Assembly: GCA_963847595.1 (NCBI GenBank)
Contig: CAWKAJ010000001.1
Coordinates: forward strand, 601,258 to 665,257
Source: an uncultured Chloroflexia bacterium
GTDB lineage: Bacteria; Chloroflexota; Dehalococcoidia; SZUA-161
Direction: 5' to 3'
Length of the DNA: 64,000 bases
The notes beneath the pieces are model-generated. The model did no database searches, was not told where the DNA came from, and saw only the letters and a program-made list of their open reading frames with translations. Both the position numbers and the translations under genes were made by a program. This document shows, piece after piece, positions 39,231 to 48,844 of this stretch; within the stretch, counting starts at the first letter, position 1, and each line of letters begins with the position of its first letter.

Positions 39231-39330
39231 GGAGTCCAGAGGGGCTTTGCCCCTCTGGTGGGGGCCTGGGGGTATCCCCCAGCCTTAAAAGTCCCCCAAG
39301 ACTGGGGGATTTAGGGGGTTGAAAAGTGTC
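39231..39330. repeat. G-rich triple-hairpin repeat, family A copy 3 (within operon, between dehydrogenase and ferredoxin)
   Basis: ggagtccagaggggctttgcccctctggtgggggcctgggggtatcccccag...cccccaagactgggggatttagggggttgaaaag. Confidence 0.7.
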
Positions 39331-39368
39331 GCTAAATGCTCTCTCAAGTAACCGTTTTAGGGGGAAAC

Positions 39369-39599
39369 ATGGCTAAAGGTGAAATAACAATTAACGAAGC
39401 GGTTTGCAAAGGGTGTGGCTACTGCGCCAAATTCTGCTCCCGTGGGGGCATCGTGATGTCCAAGGATAAGTTCACACCCAAGGGTTATCTTCTCCCCACC
39501 TTCGCCAATCCCGAGAAGTGCAACGCCTGTGGTATTTGCGGCTGGATGTGCCCCCGCTTCGCTATCGAGGTTTATAAATACGTCGACGCGCCTTGTTGA
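39369..39599 (+). CDS. 2x[4Fe-4S] ferredoxin
   Basis: 76 aa with two CxxCxxCxxxCP motifs (CKGCGYCAKFC, CNACGICGWMCP). Confidence 0.85.
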   Translation: MAKGEITINEAVCKGCGYCAKFCSRGGIVMSKDKFTPKGYLLPTFANPEKCNACGICGWMCPRFAIEVYKYVDAPC

Positions 39600-39683
39600 C
39601 CATCTAAGCCAGCTACGATGACGATGCTGGAATCCTCTCTTTATATCCCTTAGTGGCTCAGCGCACTTACGGAGGGTTCAAAC

Positions 39684-40127
39684 ATGAGAAGTGTGGAGTT
39701 GACCGTCACCATCAAAGCACCCAGGGACATAGTTCTCAGGGAGATCTCGGAATATACCCATCCTCCGATACTCCACAAGCGCGTGATAAAGTCAGTCCGG
39801 GTGCTTGAGGATGCTAACAACGTCAGCGTCGCGCTGTGGCGACTTAAGGTGCTCGGATTCACACGCTCGGCGAAGCAAAGGCAGACTGTAATTCCGCCTG
39901 ACCGGATGACGAACGAGACTATCGAGGGATTCGCCAAGGGCACTTTGGAGAGCACCTCTCTCCAAGAGACAGGCGACACTACCGTAATTGTGGACAGGGT
40001 GGACGTGCGGGTGCCCTCTTGGGGTAAGCTGCTGGAGATACCGGTAGCCTGGTATACGAAGCGCCTGACTCTGGGAATACTTATGGACCATAAGAGAGAC
40101 CTGGAGTCTAGAAGCACATCCAGGTGA
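39684..40127 (+). CDS. SRPBCC (Bet v1/START-like, polyketide-cyclase-like) ligand-binding domain protein
   Basis: 147 aa. MRSVELTVTIKAPRDIVLREISEY resembles the N-terminus of SRPBCC family members. Moderate confidence. Confidence 0.45.
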   Translation: MRSVELTVTIKAPRDIVLREISEYTHPPILHKRVIKSVRVLEDANNVSVALWRLKVLGFTRSAKQRQTVIPPDRMTNETIEGFAKGTLESTSLQETGDTTVIVDRVDVRVPSWGKLLEIPVAWYTKRLTLGILMDHKRDLESRSTSR

Positions 40128-40170
40128 AAGGCCCGGTATGCCATTGTCAAATGAGAGGCGGAGGTCGAAC

Positions 40171-40725
40171 ATGAAGGAGAAACTGGGGACAAAGGTTGGC
40201 AAGGGAAAGGTTGACTCAGACGTCCTTAAGCTTTACGTTGAGACAGTCGGCCCATCCGTTCTTCCGAACCTGGTTCGGGGAATCATGAAGGGTGTTTTCA
40301 AGCTTGATGAGGAATCGCGAAACAAAGTGCTTGAGGAGATGGGCAAAGCTTGCTACGAGGGTTTCAAAGAGTTCGTCGGGACACCGCCTACCGGCATGGA
40401 TATCAAGAGTGCCTGCCAGTGGTTGGAAAAGACGGTGCCTCACCACAGACGCTTTCAGAAAGCAGGAGACACCCTTTATTGGGAGGCGGATGTGAAAGAC
40501 ACTTATGGAGGATGCATGTGTATCCTTGTTCGGCTCGGCATCGTGGAGCCCAGACCGGAATTATGCATCTGCTCCACTAACTATAACAAGAGTGCGCTTG
40601 AGCAGATGACCGGTGAGACTGTGGAGGGAGAGTTGGTGGAGAGTATAAATAGCGGCGCCCGGAATTGCGTTTATAGATACCACTTTAAGCCGACCCCCTA
40701 TAATTCCAGGTTGAAAAGCAGATAG
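40171..40725 (+). CDS. hypothetical Cys-rich protein
   Basis: 184 aa from MKEKLG (RBS GGAGG, 7-nt spacing). Contains GGCMCILVRLG...PELCICSTNY. No family recognised. Confidence 0.45.
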   Translation: MKEKLGTKVGKGKVDSDVLKLYVETVGPSVLPNLVRGIMKGVFKLDEESRNKVLEEMGKACYEGFKEFVGTPPTGMDIKSACQWLEKTVPHHRRFQKAGDTLYWEADVKDTYGGCMCILVRLGIVEPRPELCICSTNYNKSALEQMTGETVEGELVESINSGARNCVYRYHFKPTPYNSRLKSR

Positions 40726-40833
40726 ATACAATTTCCCCACTTGGTTGATAAGACCCTCTATCTCGACTTCGTGGTGTCTTGGTAAATGGTGTTGGGCACC
40801 CAAAATGCCCAACCTAGTTAGAGAGCAGAATTC

Positions 40834-42033
40834 ATGGCTAAAAAGGCTTTAGCAGGAATCAAGGTTGTGGAAGTAGCTCAGTGGGTGGCGGCTCCGGGTG
40901 CTGGCGCTCTGCTCGCCGATTGGGGGGCAGACGTGGTGCACATCGAGCACCCCGTGACGGGCGATTCGATGCGGGGCTTGTCGAATGCGGGTGGGTTGGC
41001 TGTTGACTGGTTGTTCGAACTGGATAACCGCAATAAGAGAAGTATAACTCTGGATATAAGCAAAAAAGAAGGTCAGCTTGTCCTTTACAAGTTACTGGAA
41101 GGAGCCGATGTGTTCATCACGAGCCTTCGCCCCAGCGAACTCAAGCGCTACCATCTGGAGTATTCTGTGCTTGCAAAGCTCAACCCCGGGCTTGTGTATG
41201 CCAGTTTAACAGGGTATGGGCACAAGGGCCCCGATAAAGAAAGGCGGGGATATGATGTGAGCGCCTTCTGGGCCCGGTCCGGCTTCATGGCTTCCATCAG
41301 AGAGCCGGACATGGCTCCACAATTCCCCAGAGGGGGCATGGGAGACCACACTGCCTCCATAGCGATGGCCTGTGGCATAACCACTGCCCTTTACGCCAGA
41401 GAGCGCACTGGCGTCGGGCAGGAGGTAGATGTCAGTCTGTACAACACCGGCGTTTGGGTATTGAGCATTGATATGAGCTGCGCGCTGGTGACGGGTGAAT
41501 ATGCTCCGTCGCGCCGAAGGTCGGAGACACCTGCCATGACCAATGTCTACCGTACCAAGGATAATAAGTGGATATACTTCGTGCATCTGCAGCAGGACCC
41601 TTACTGGCCGGGGTTTTGCCGGGCTCTGGGGCTGGAGCACCTCGAAAAGGATGACAGGTTCAACTCCATGATGTCGCGGATGATGAACAATGATGAGCTT
41701 TTTGCTATGGCGGAGCAAGCCATGGCTAAACGGACATTGGAAGAATGGAAACCGATACTCGACGAGTATGAGCTAATCTATGCACCGGTACAGGACCCTA
41801 CAGATGTAGCTAAGGATGAGCAGGCATGGGCGAACGACTTCTTTGCCACTGTAGAACATCCTACCTTGGGCAAGATAAAACTGGTGGCTAACCCGATAAA
41901 ACTGAGCAAAATGCCTTCCTCTATCAAGACAACGGCACCCCAGTCCGGGCAGCATACAGAGGAAGTCCTGCTGGAGAACGGCTACAGTTGGGACGACATC
42001 GCACGTTTTAAAGAGCAAGGTCTCATCGCCTAG
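40834..42033 (+). CDS. family III CoA-transferase (CaiB/BaiF-like)
   Basis: MAKKALAGIKVVEVAQWVAAPGAGALLADWGADVVHIEHP is the canonical N-terminus. 399 aa. Confidence 0.9.
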   Translation: MAKKALAGIKVVEVAQWVAAPGAGALLADWGADVVHIEHPVTGDSMRGLSNAGGLAVDWLFELDNRNKRSITLDISKKEGQLVLYKLLEGADVFITSLRPSELKRYHLEYSVLAKLNPGLVYASLTGYGHKGPDKERRGYDVSAFWARSGFMASIREPDMAPQFPRGGMGDHTASIAMACGITTALYARERTGVGQEVDVSLYNTGVWVLSIDMSCALVTGEYAPSRRRSETPAMTNVYRTKDNKWIYFVHLQQDPYWPGFCRALGLEHLEKDDRFNSMMSRMMNNDELFAMAEQAMAKRTLEEWKPILDEYELIYAPVQDPTDVAKDEQAWANDFFATVEHPTLGKIKLVANPIKLSKMPSSIKTTAPQSGQHTEEVLLENGYSWDDIARFKEQGLIA

Positions 42034-42075
42034 CTTCGTACATGTCATTCCTTTGAAAATCGAGGGCTGAGGACT

Positions 42076-42250
42076 CAATGTCATTCTGACCCTGAACGGA
42101 GTGAAGGGGAAGAATCTCAGTACTTAGAGAGTAGGGCGGGTTCCCCAACCCGCCCTCACCAGATGTCGTATCTTCGAAGACACGTTATTTTCATTCTTGG
42201 TGGTGAACGGAGCAACATAGGGTAGGTGCTCCGTCACCTACCCTGGAATG
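42076..42250. repeat. diverged composite hairpin repeat (cf. 5592-5720, 22268-22400) plus GC hairpin agggcgggttCCCCaacccgccct
   Basis: tgtcattctgaccctgaacggagtgaaggggaagaatctcag ... ttattttcattcttggtggtg ... Confidence 0.55.
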
Positions 42251-42506
42251 CGGGTGACTCAAATCCCCCCTTTACCAATTCGTACAGTGACACTCGACAT
42301 TTTCTCCGATAGCCAAATGACAGAAAAGCGATATTGACTTAACTAATATCAGGTGCTAGGATAACTCCGCCATGACCTTCCCTCAATACTTAGTGGCGGT
42401 TTTGCTCTGCTCCCGCTGAGGGGCAGACCTGCTGGGGGCAAGGGTTTAATATCTGTTGTGGCAGAATATTGCCAGCTTTGGCTAATCTAAATACTGGGAG
42501 GACAAG

Positions 42507-43574
42507 ATGAGAAAAGTCTTGTGGAGCGTACTTGTCGTAGCACTATTGCTGACTATGCTGGTATCAGGGAGCTCGTGCAGTAAGACGGCCTCTGTGACGG
42601 CGACGCCAACGCCAACACTCACCCTTACACCAACACCTGCACCTGCAATTACATCTACATCTACACCAACGCCAACACCCAAGTCGACTTCCACGCCTAA
42701 GGCCGCACCAGTCTCTGGCTGGAGCGCCATGAGCAGCAGCACCCACTCAGTCCTTTATAGTGTCTGGGGCAGTTCCTCCTCCGACATCTTCGCGGTCGAT
42801 GAAGATGGAGGTATCCAGCACTACAACGGCAAGACCTGGAGCACCATGTACACCAGCACCATACAGTACCTTTATGGTGTCTGGGGCAGCTCTTCCTCCG
42901 ATGTCTTCGTTGTGGGGGGAGCTAATGGCGATATCCTGCACTATGACGGCAGCGCCTGGAGCACCATGCACACCGGCTTCCTAGTCTACCTTCATGCTGT
43001 CTGGGGCAGCTCCTCTTCCGATGTCTTCGCCGTGGGGGATGGTGGCACCATCCTGCACTACGACGGAAGCGCCTGGAGCGCCATGACTAGCGGCACCGAC
43101 GAAGGTCTTGATGGTGTCTGGGGCAGTTCCTCCTCCGATGTCTTCGCCGTGGGATGGGATGCGTCGACTAACAATGGTATCATCCTGCACTACGACGGAA
43201 GCGCCTGGAGCACCATGACCGGCGACACCACGAACTTGGTTTTGTATGGTGTCTGGGGCAGCTCCTCCTCCGATGTCTTCGCCGTGGGATCCCCTGGATT
43301 GAGTCAGTCAACTGAAAATACAACTATCCTGCACTATGACGGCAGCGCCTGGAGCACCATGAGCGGTGGCAGTATAAATGGCCTGCAGGGAGTTTGGGGC
43401 AGCTCCTCCTCCGATGTCTTCGCCGTGGGGGGAAGTGGCGCTATCGTGCACTATGACGGCAGCGCCTGGAGCGCCATGAATAGCGGCACCGAAGAGTCGT
43501 TTAATGGTGTCTGGGGCAGTTCTGCCTCCAATGTCTTCGCCGTGGGGAGTGATGGCATTATCCTGCACTATTGA
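42507..43574 (+). CDS. secreted beta-propeller repeat protein (BNR/Asp-box, Ycf48-like) with Thr/Pro-rich linker
   Basis: Signal peptide and a TPTPTLTLTPTPAP linker. Nine to ten tandem units of the form GVWGSSSSDVFAVG..G.ILHYDGSAWS.M. HYDGSAWS fits the Asp-box x-D-G-x-x-W. Confidence 0.75.
   Translation: MRKVLWSVLVVALLLTMLVSGSSCSKTASVTATPTPTLTLTPTPAPAITSTSTPTPTPKSTSTPKAAPVSGWSAMSSSTHSVLYSVWGSSSSDIFAVDEDGGIQHYNGKTWSTMYTSTIQYLYGVWGSSSSDVFVVGGANGDILHYDGSAWSTMHTGFLVYLHAVWGSSSSDVFAVGDGGTILHYDGSAWSAMTSGTDEGLDGVWGSSSSDVFAVGWDASTNNGIILHYDGSAWSTMTGDTTNLVLYGVWGSSSSDVFAVGSPGLSQSTENTTILHYDGSAWSTMSGGSINGLQGVWGSSSSDVFAVGGSGAIVHYDGSAWSAMNSGTEESFNGVWGSSASNVFAVGSDGIILHY
42750..43570 (+). repeat. tandem DNA repeats of about 117-130 bp encoding the propeller blades
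   Basis: Stretches such as cagctcctcctccgatgtcttcgccgtgggg and atcctgcactacgacggaagcgcctggagc recur nearly verbatim. Confidence 0.75.
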
Positions 43575-43756
43575 GGTAAAGCACAGCCTATGATAATCTC
43601 TGTTGGCACCAATCTGGGGCATCTACTTTTAGACGCCGTTACGTTTGGCTGAATTTACGGACTATAAGGCCGCGGCTTAGATAAGTTGATAATATCCATG
43701 TTTGGTAGATACCAGAGCAAGGTAATTATAACCTGAGTACCCTATGCTAGTCCTTT

Positions 43757-43960
43757 TCGAGCCCCCGGAATAAAACCCTCTCTCCGATAGCCCCTGCGGG
43801 GTCTCATTCTCGAGGCAGGGCAAGGGAACCTCGTTCCTGCACTCGTCGTGGCTCCCGTCACAACGAGTAGGGGCACAGTGCACTGTGCCCTCGCCCAATT
43901 CCCCTTTTGTAAACTTGTCCCTGACTCGTTCAGGGAGGGGGCAAGAGGGATTTAAACCTC
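43757..43960. repeat. mosaic of hairpin modules (H11 ccggaataaaaccctctc..., H4 gtaggggcACAGTGCACTGTgccc, H5 cccctTTTGtAAAc...)
   Basis: H11 has a second copy at 50100-50180. H4 and H5 have copies at 53150-53178, 58892-58918 and 59210-59270. Confidence 0.65.
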
Positions 43961-43963
43961 CGA

Positions 43964-45898
43964 TCAGAGGACAGCCAGGAGCTTCCGTTTCTCTAGGTCA
44001 TCTGCCACTTCGGCGAGCCCCAGCTCCTCGAGCTTTGTCCTCGTTTGCAGACCGGTGACGACATCCCATCCCCTAAGAGGATAATACTCGTCCTTCATCC
44101 CTTCGAATCTCTCCCGCTCGACTACCGCTCCCTTTCGTGAGATTACCTCACCATCCTTCCCCGGTGCCAGGCATTCGGGGTTCAGGGTGCCGAACTTGAG
44201 CGGTTTTGTGTAGAAAGGCTCGGGGAGCACGTCATCTTCCCTTCCTCGATGACCTTCCCTGACCAGTATGGCCCTCTGCAGATTGAAAACCCGTTCACCG
44301 ATCCGGTAAAGACCCTGCTCGTCTACCTCTCTTCCGGTAACCGCGGAAAGAAGCTTGCTTTCAACACCGGGGTCTCCGACGTGATCCTCCGAATGTCTGA
44401 CCTGTGTAATCGGCCACAGTACATCGCAAAGAATCAGACTCTCTTTCGCATAGGCTCGGTCTTGGATCTTTGTTGTGGCCAGGGCTTTGCCGTCATAGGT
44501 AGAGAAATCAGCGGCAAGCTCACCCCCCCAGAACCTCCTTGCGATTTTGCGGAAGGCCTCACTGGAGAGGTAGGAGCCCTCAACCTTGTTAGCCCAGTTC
44601 AGCCAATCGAACAGAGCAATGCCCACCTCATGAAGCTGGTGCATAGGCAGCGTCGGTTCCATAGCGTACATCAAACCTGATACAATGTACATTCTCGGAC
44701 AGTATGCCGAAATCCGCCCTGCTTTTGAAACGTAGTCAGTGATTAGTTCCTGTGATCCCTTTCCCACAGAATCCGCCGCCTTGACGAGGCCCTGTGCCAG
44801 GATTTCGCCGAAACCCTCTCTGAATGTGATCTTCCTTAGCAATGTCTCTATGAATTCGAGGCTCCCCAGCTTGGATATAGGTATCCCGATACTCTCGTCA
44901 TCCAGGATACCGGCTTTATAGCACCTGGACAGCCACGCAATCAAAGTGTGAACCGGATACACATCAAGGCCATAGCCATCGCAGAGTACTGTCGCCAGGA
45001 ATGGGACCTCGTTCACTTCGCCGTAGTGTCTCACCGCCCACTCGTGATAATAGACCGCAGAGCCGCAGAAGAACTTGTGCCGCGTTCCATCTTCAGTGGC
45101 CCGGGTGGCCCTGATGCAGCCGCTTCCACCGATGCAGCCATAGCATGGGTCCAGCTTCATCTCAGTATCTGTCGTCGGTCTTTCGTCGTGCAGCGTTGAG
45201 AAGCCGGTCTTCAGTTCATGGACATATCTCCTCAGTTCCTCAAGTTTCTTCGGGTTGGCTGCAGTCGCTTTCTTTGAACCCCTCACAGCAATGGCCTTCA
45301 GCTTCTTGGCGCCCATAACCGCCCCAAAGCCATTGGAACCGCTGGCATCGTTATCAGCAATAAGGCCGGCAAAGGTTACCATATTTTCACCTGCAGGTCC
45401 GCAGGCTACCACCCTTGCGGAGCTTCCGAGCTCTGTTTTCAGCGTCTCTCGCGCCTGAACTGTGCTCTGGCGCCAGAGGGTGGACGCATCTCTGATCTCG
45501 GCGACACCATCCTGGATGGACAGATAGACTGGCCTGTCAGATTCCCCCTTAATCACAATGCCGTCATAGCCTGCGAATTTAAGTTGGGCCCCCCAGCTGC
45601 CGCCCATATTGGTATAGGAGAAGTGCTCGGGGTTGGTCGCCGGTGATTTTCCGCAAACGGTCCACCTGGAACCAGCGATACCGGAGAAGCCTGCAAGCGG
45701 CCCGGTCATGAACAGGAGCCGGTTCTCAGGATCCAGGGCGCCTGTCTGTGGTGATACCTCATCCCAGTAGATCTTGGCAGCAATGCCCCTGCCGCCCAGA
45801 AACCTGTCGGCGTAGTCTGCCGTGGGCAGATCCGTCGTGCTCCCCGAGCTTAGATCAACCTTCAGGATCTTTCCGGCATATCCATATTGCACTGCCAT
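43964..45898 (-). CDS. aldehyde:ferredoxin oxidoreductase family tungsto/molybdo-pterin enzyme (AOR), paralog 1
   Basis: MAVQYGYAGKILKVDLSSG...DRFLGGRGIAAKIYWDEV N-terminus is typical of the AOR family. About 644 aa. RBS AAAAGGGG. Confidence 0.9.
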   Translation of the reverse strand: MAVQYGYAGKILKVDLSSGSTTDLPTADYADRFLGGRGIAAKIYWDEVSPQTGALDPENRLLFMTGPLAGFSGIAGSRWTVCGKSPATNPEHFSYTNMGGSWGAQLKFAGYDGIVIKGESDRPVYLSIQDGVAEIRDASTLWRQSTVQARETLKTELGSSARVVACGPAGENMVTFAGLIADNDASGSNGFGAVMGAKKLKAIAVRGSKKATAANPKKLEELRRYVHELKTGFSTLHDERPTTDTEMKLDPCYGCIGGSGCIRATRATEDGTRHKFFCGSAVYYHEWAVRHYGEVNEVPFLATVLCDGYGLDVYPVHTLIAWLSRCYKAGILDDESIGIPISKLGSLEFIETLLRKITFREGFGEILAQGLVKAADSVGKGSQELITDYVSKAGRISAYCPRMYIVSGLMYAMEPTLPMHQLHEVGIALFDWLNWANKVEGSYLSSEAFRKIARRFWGGELAADFSTYDGKALATTKIQDRAYAKESLILCDVLWPITQVRHSEDHVGDPGVESKLLSAVTGREVDEQGLYRIGERVFNLQRAILVREGHRGREDDVLPEPFYTKPLKFGTLNPECLAPGKDGEVISRKGAVVERERFEGMKDEYYPLRGWDVVTGLQTRTKLEELGLAEVADDLEKRKLLAVL

Positions 45899-45997
45899 CT
45901 CGCCCCTTTTCATCTTCCCGTGATTATCCGCAACTTAATGCGAACTTATACGATTATCTACCGGCCTCGCTGGAGCTAATAAGCACAGGCCGGCATC

Positions 45998-47950
45998 TCA
46001 GGGGACAGCGATGAGTTTCCGTTGCTCTAGGTCCTGTGCCACCTCGTTGAGCCCCAGCTCCTCGAGCTTCTTCCTCGTCTGCAGGCCGGTGGCAGCGTCC
46101 CACCCTCTTAGCTGATAGTATTTGTCCTTCATCCGCTCGAATTCGGTTCTGTCGACAACCTCACCTTTCCGTGAAATTACTTCCCCGTTCTTTCCCGGCA
46201 AGAGGCACTCAGGGTCGTGGACGTTTGTTTCCAGGGGGGTATTGAAGTAGACCTCCGGAAGCACATCGCTCTCCCTTCCCCTGTGACCTTCCCGGACCCG
46301 TATGGCTCTCTCCAGATTGAAAATTACCTCTCCCATCCTGCGGAGCCCCTCCTCGTCCACCTGTTTTCCAGTTACTGCTGATAGGAGCTTGCTTTCAAGT
46401 GCCGGGTCGCCCACATGGTGAGCCGAGTTCTTGACCGTCATTATCGGGAAGACGTATATGCAGAGAATCAGGCTTGCGATTGCAGACTCGCGATCCTGGA
46501 CCATCTTGGCAGCCAGGGCTTTGCCGTCATAGGTGGAGAAATCCGCGGCGATCTCGCCCCCCAGGAACTCTCTGGCTACGGCGCGCCATACGTCGCTCGT
46601 AACATATGCTCCTTCATCCTTGTGGACCCAGGCCAGCCATCCGCTTAGAGGCTTGATTGTCTCCGCATACTGGTATCTAGCCACTCTCGGTTCCATAGCA
46701 TGGAAAAACGCTATTGGTGAGAAGAGCCTGGGGTCTCCGCCCGGGGGCTCTTCAGCTTTGATGGTGTGTTCGGTAATCATTCCTTCAAGCAGCTCCTTTG
46801 ACCCCCCGCCCACTACGTTGGCAGCGCGGGCTATTCCCAGGGCAAGGGTATCTCCAAAGCCCTCCCTCAGTGATATCTTCTTCACCAGAGTTTGAATAAA
46901 CGCAAGACTCCCCTTTTCAGATATAGGAATGCCTGTACCTTCATCTGTCAGAATGCCCGCTCTCCGGCATCTCCGGAGCCAGGTAATCGATGTCGCGATA
47001 CCGAAAGCATCCAGTCCGTAGTCATCGCAGAGCTTGGTGGCAAGGAACGGCACCTCATTAGCCTCCCCGTAGTATTTGTGGGCCAGCCCCTGATAGAACA
47101 TCGAAGAGCCGCACATGAATTTCCCTTTGGTGCCATCCGATGCTTCGTAGGTTTCTCGCCAGCAACCGTTGCCCCTGCAGCCATAGCAGACCTGTTTCTT
47201 CATGTTCGGGCCGGGTGGAAGTCCCCTGAGAATCATTGTGAGTGGCAGCGGCCCGCCGCTGGTATACTCGCGAATGATATCCGCGAGCTGTCGAAGGCCC
47301 TCCGGATTGGCCGCAGTTGGCCTGTTGCCGCCTCTGACCACGATGGCCTTCAATCTCTTGGAGCCCATAACAGCTCCGAAGCCCCCTGAACCGCTGGCGT
47401 CCTCATCGGCCAGAAGACTGGCAAAGAGCACCCCATTCTCGCCGGCGGGGCCACAAGCCACAACCCTCACCGAGCTTCCCAGTTCCCTCTTTAGAGTGTC
47501 GCGCACCTCGAAGATCCCCTTGCCCCATAGGGCCGAGGCATCCCTCAACTCAATAGTGTCATTCTGTACGAAGAGATAGACCGGTTTGTCCGACCTGCCC
47601 TGGACCACGATCCCGTCATATCCGGCAAGCTTGAGTTGGGCACCCCAGCTTCCCCCAAGATTGCAGGTGCAGAATTGCTCCGGGTTGGTGACCGGTGATT
47701 TTCCGCAAACTGTCCACCTGGAGCCCGATACCCCGGGAAACCCCGCGAGCGGCCCGGTCATGAACATTAGCCGGCTTTCAGGATCCAGGGCGCCTGTCTG
47801 CGGTGAAACCTCATCCCAGTAGATCTTGGCGGCGATGCCCCTTCCGCCTAGAAACCTGTCGGTGTATTCTACTGTTCTCACGTGTGTTATTTCGCCGGAG
47901 GGTAAGTCCACCCTCAGGATTTTTCCGGCATATCCATATCGCGCTGTCAT
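45998..47950 (-). CDS. aldehyde:ferredoxin oxidoreductase family enzyme, paralog 2 (tandem with paralog 1)
   Basis: MTARYGYAGKILRVDLPSGEITHV...DRFLGGRGIAAKIYWDEV. About 650 aa. Confidence 0.9.
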   Translation of the reverse strand: MTARYGYAGKILRVDLPSGEITHVRTVEYTDRFLGGRGIAAKIYWDEVSPQTGALDPESRLMFMTGPLAGFPGVSGSRWTVCGKSPVTNPEQFCTCNLGGSWGAQLKLAGYDGIVVQGRSDKPVYLFVQNDTIELRDASALWGKGIFEVRDTLKRELGSSVRVVACGPAGENGVLFASLLADEDASGSGGFGAVMGSKRLKAIVVRGGNRPTAANPEGLRQLADIIREYTSGGPLPLTMILRGLPPGPNMKKQVCYGCRGNGCWRETYEASDGTKGKFMCGSSMFYQGLAHKYYGEANEVPFLATKLCDDYGLDAFGIATSITWLRRCRRAGILTDEGTGIPISEKGSLAFIQTLVKKISLREGFGDTLALGIARAANVVGGGSKELLEGMITEHTIKAEEPPGGDPRLFSPIAFFHAMEPRVARYQYAETIKPLSGWLAWVHKDEGAYVTSDVWRAVAREFLGGEIAADFSTYDGKALAAKMVQDRESAIASLILCIYVFPIMTVKNSAHHVGDPALESKLLSAVTGKQVDEEGLRRMGEVIFNLERAIRVREGHRGRESDVLPEVYFNTPLETNVHDPECLLPGKNGEVISRKGEVVDRTEFERMKDKYYQLRGWDAATGLQTRKKLEELGLNEVAQDLEQRKLIAVP

Positions 47951-48039
47951 CTCGCTCCTTTTCCCAGGATATCTAGAGGGTAGCATGCGCCCATCTGACT
48001 GTCAATCAGCCTCGTCGGTTCATTGTGCCACAAACACTG

Positions 48040-48290
48040 GAGATGAAGGAATAAAATTTCCCTCCCCTCGAGGGAGGGATTAAAGGGAGGGGGATCTAGC
48101 ATCCGTTTCTGGTGAGCCTTGTCCTGAACTTGCCGAAGGATCGTCGAAGGATGAGGGGGAAGAATTCAACCATAGGGACACAGGGTGCCGTGCCCTTCAC
48201 TTTGCCTTTCGAATTCGTTCATAGCCCCGAAACCCACGACGATAGACGAAACAAGCAGCGTAACCGGACGACGAACCACTCCCTCATCTG
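48040..48290. repeat. mosaic hairpin-repeat region (ccctcccCTCGAGggaggg, cctgtcctga..gtcgaagga, ccacgacgatagacgaaacaagcagcg)
   Basis: Modules match 58551-58566, 59300-59345 and 23945-24000 respectively. Confidence 0.55.
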
Positions 48291-48592
48291 TGTAAAATGT
48301 CGCACCTTCAAGCTGTCACCGGCCAGACTTCCGGATATCGAGTTGGAAACAAGAAAGGTCAAGAGTAGGAACTTCTAAACACACTAGATTCTGAAGCATT
48401 AGCCCAGATTTGACGGGCAATCTCTTACGGCCGATTATCAGGTTCACGCGAGCAGTCGCTTGAGGTCTTCAATAAATTTGTTAAAGTTTTTCACTTTATT
48501 ACTTTCTTCAACATCGTCTTCACAAAGTACATGGCTTCCGTCAAGATGTAGCTCTAGAACAGCTCTGCCATTCTTCATTGGTTCTTTGGGGG

Positions 48593-48820
48593 CTAATCCT
48601 TTGAGTATTTTTCAATGCGCTCTTTAACCCAAACCCAATCTGGGTCGCCGTAATTGAAAAAACATTTGAAATTATCCTTGAGCCACTCGTAATAGTCGTC
48701 TTCAACATATTTGCAGAAAGTCTCGATAAGCACATCCCCAATAATATCCTTAGGTATCCTTATTTCTAAGTCTTCGAGTTGTTCATCTAGGAATTCTTTC
48801 ACAACTTGTCTATCAAGCAT
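48593..48820 (-). CDS. hypothetical small acidic protein (75 aa), AT-rich
   Basis: Sits 24 nt downstream of the 48845-49834 gene on the same strand. No family recognised. Confidence 0.3.
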   Translation of the reverse strand: MLDRQVVKEFLDEQLEDLEIRIPKDIIGDVLIETFCKYVEDDYYEWLKDNFKCFFNYGDPDWVWVKERIEKYSKD

Positions 48821-48844
48821 CTTACAACCTCCCCATATTCCAGA

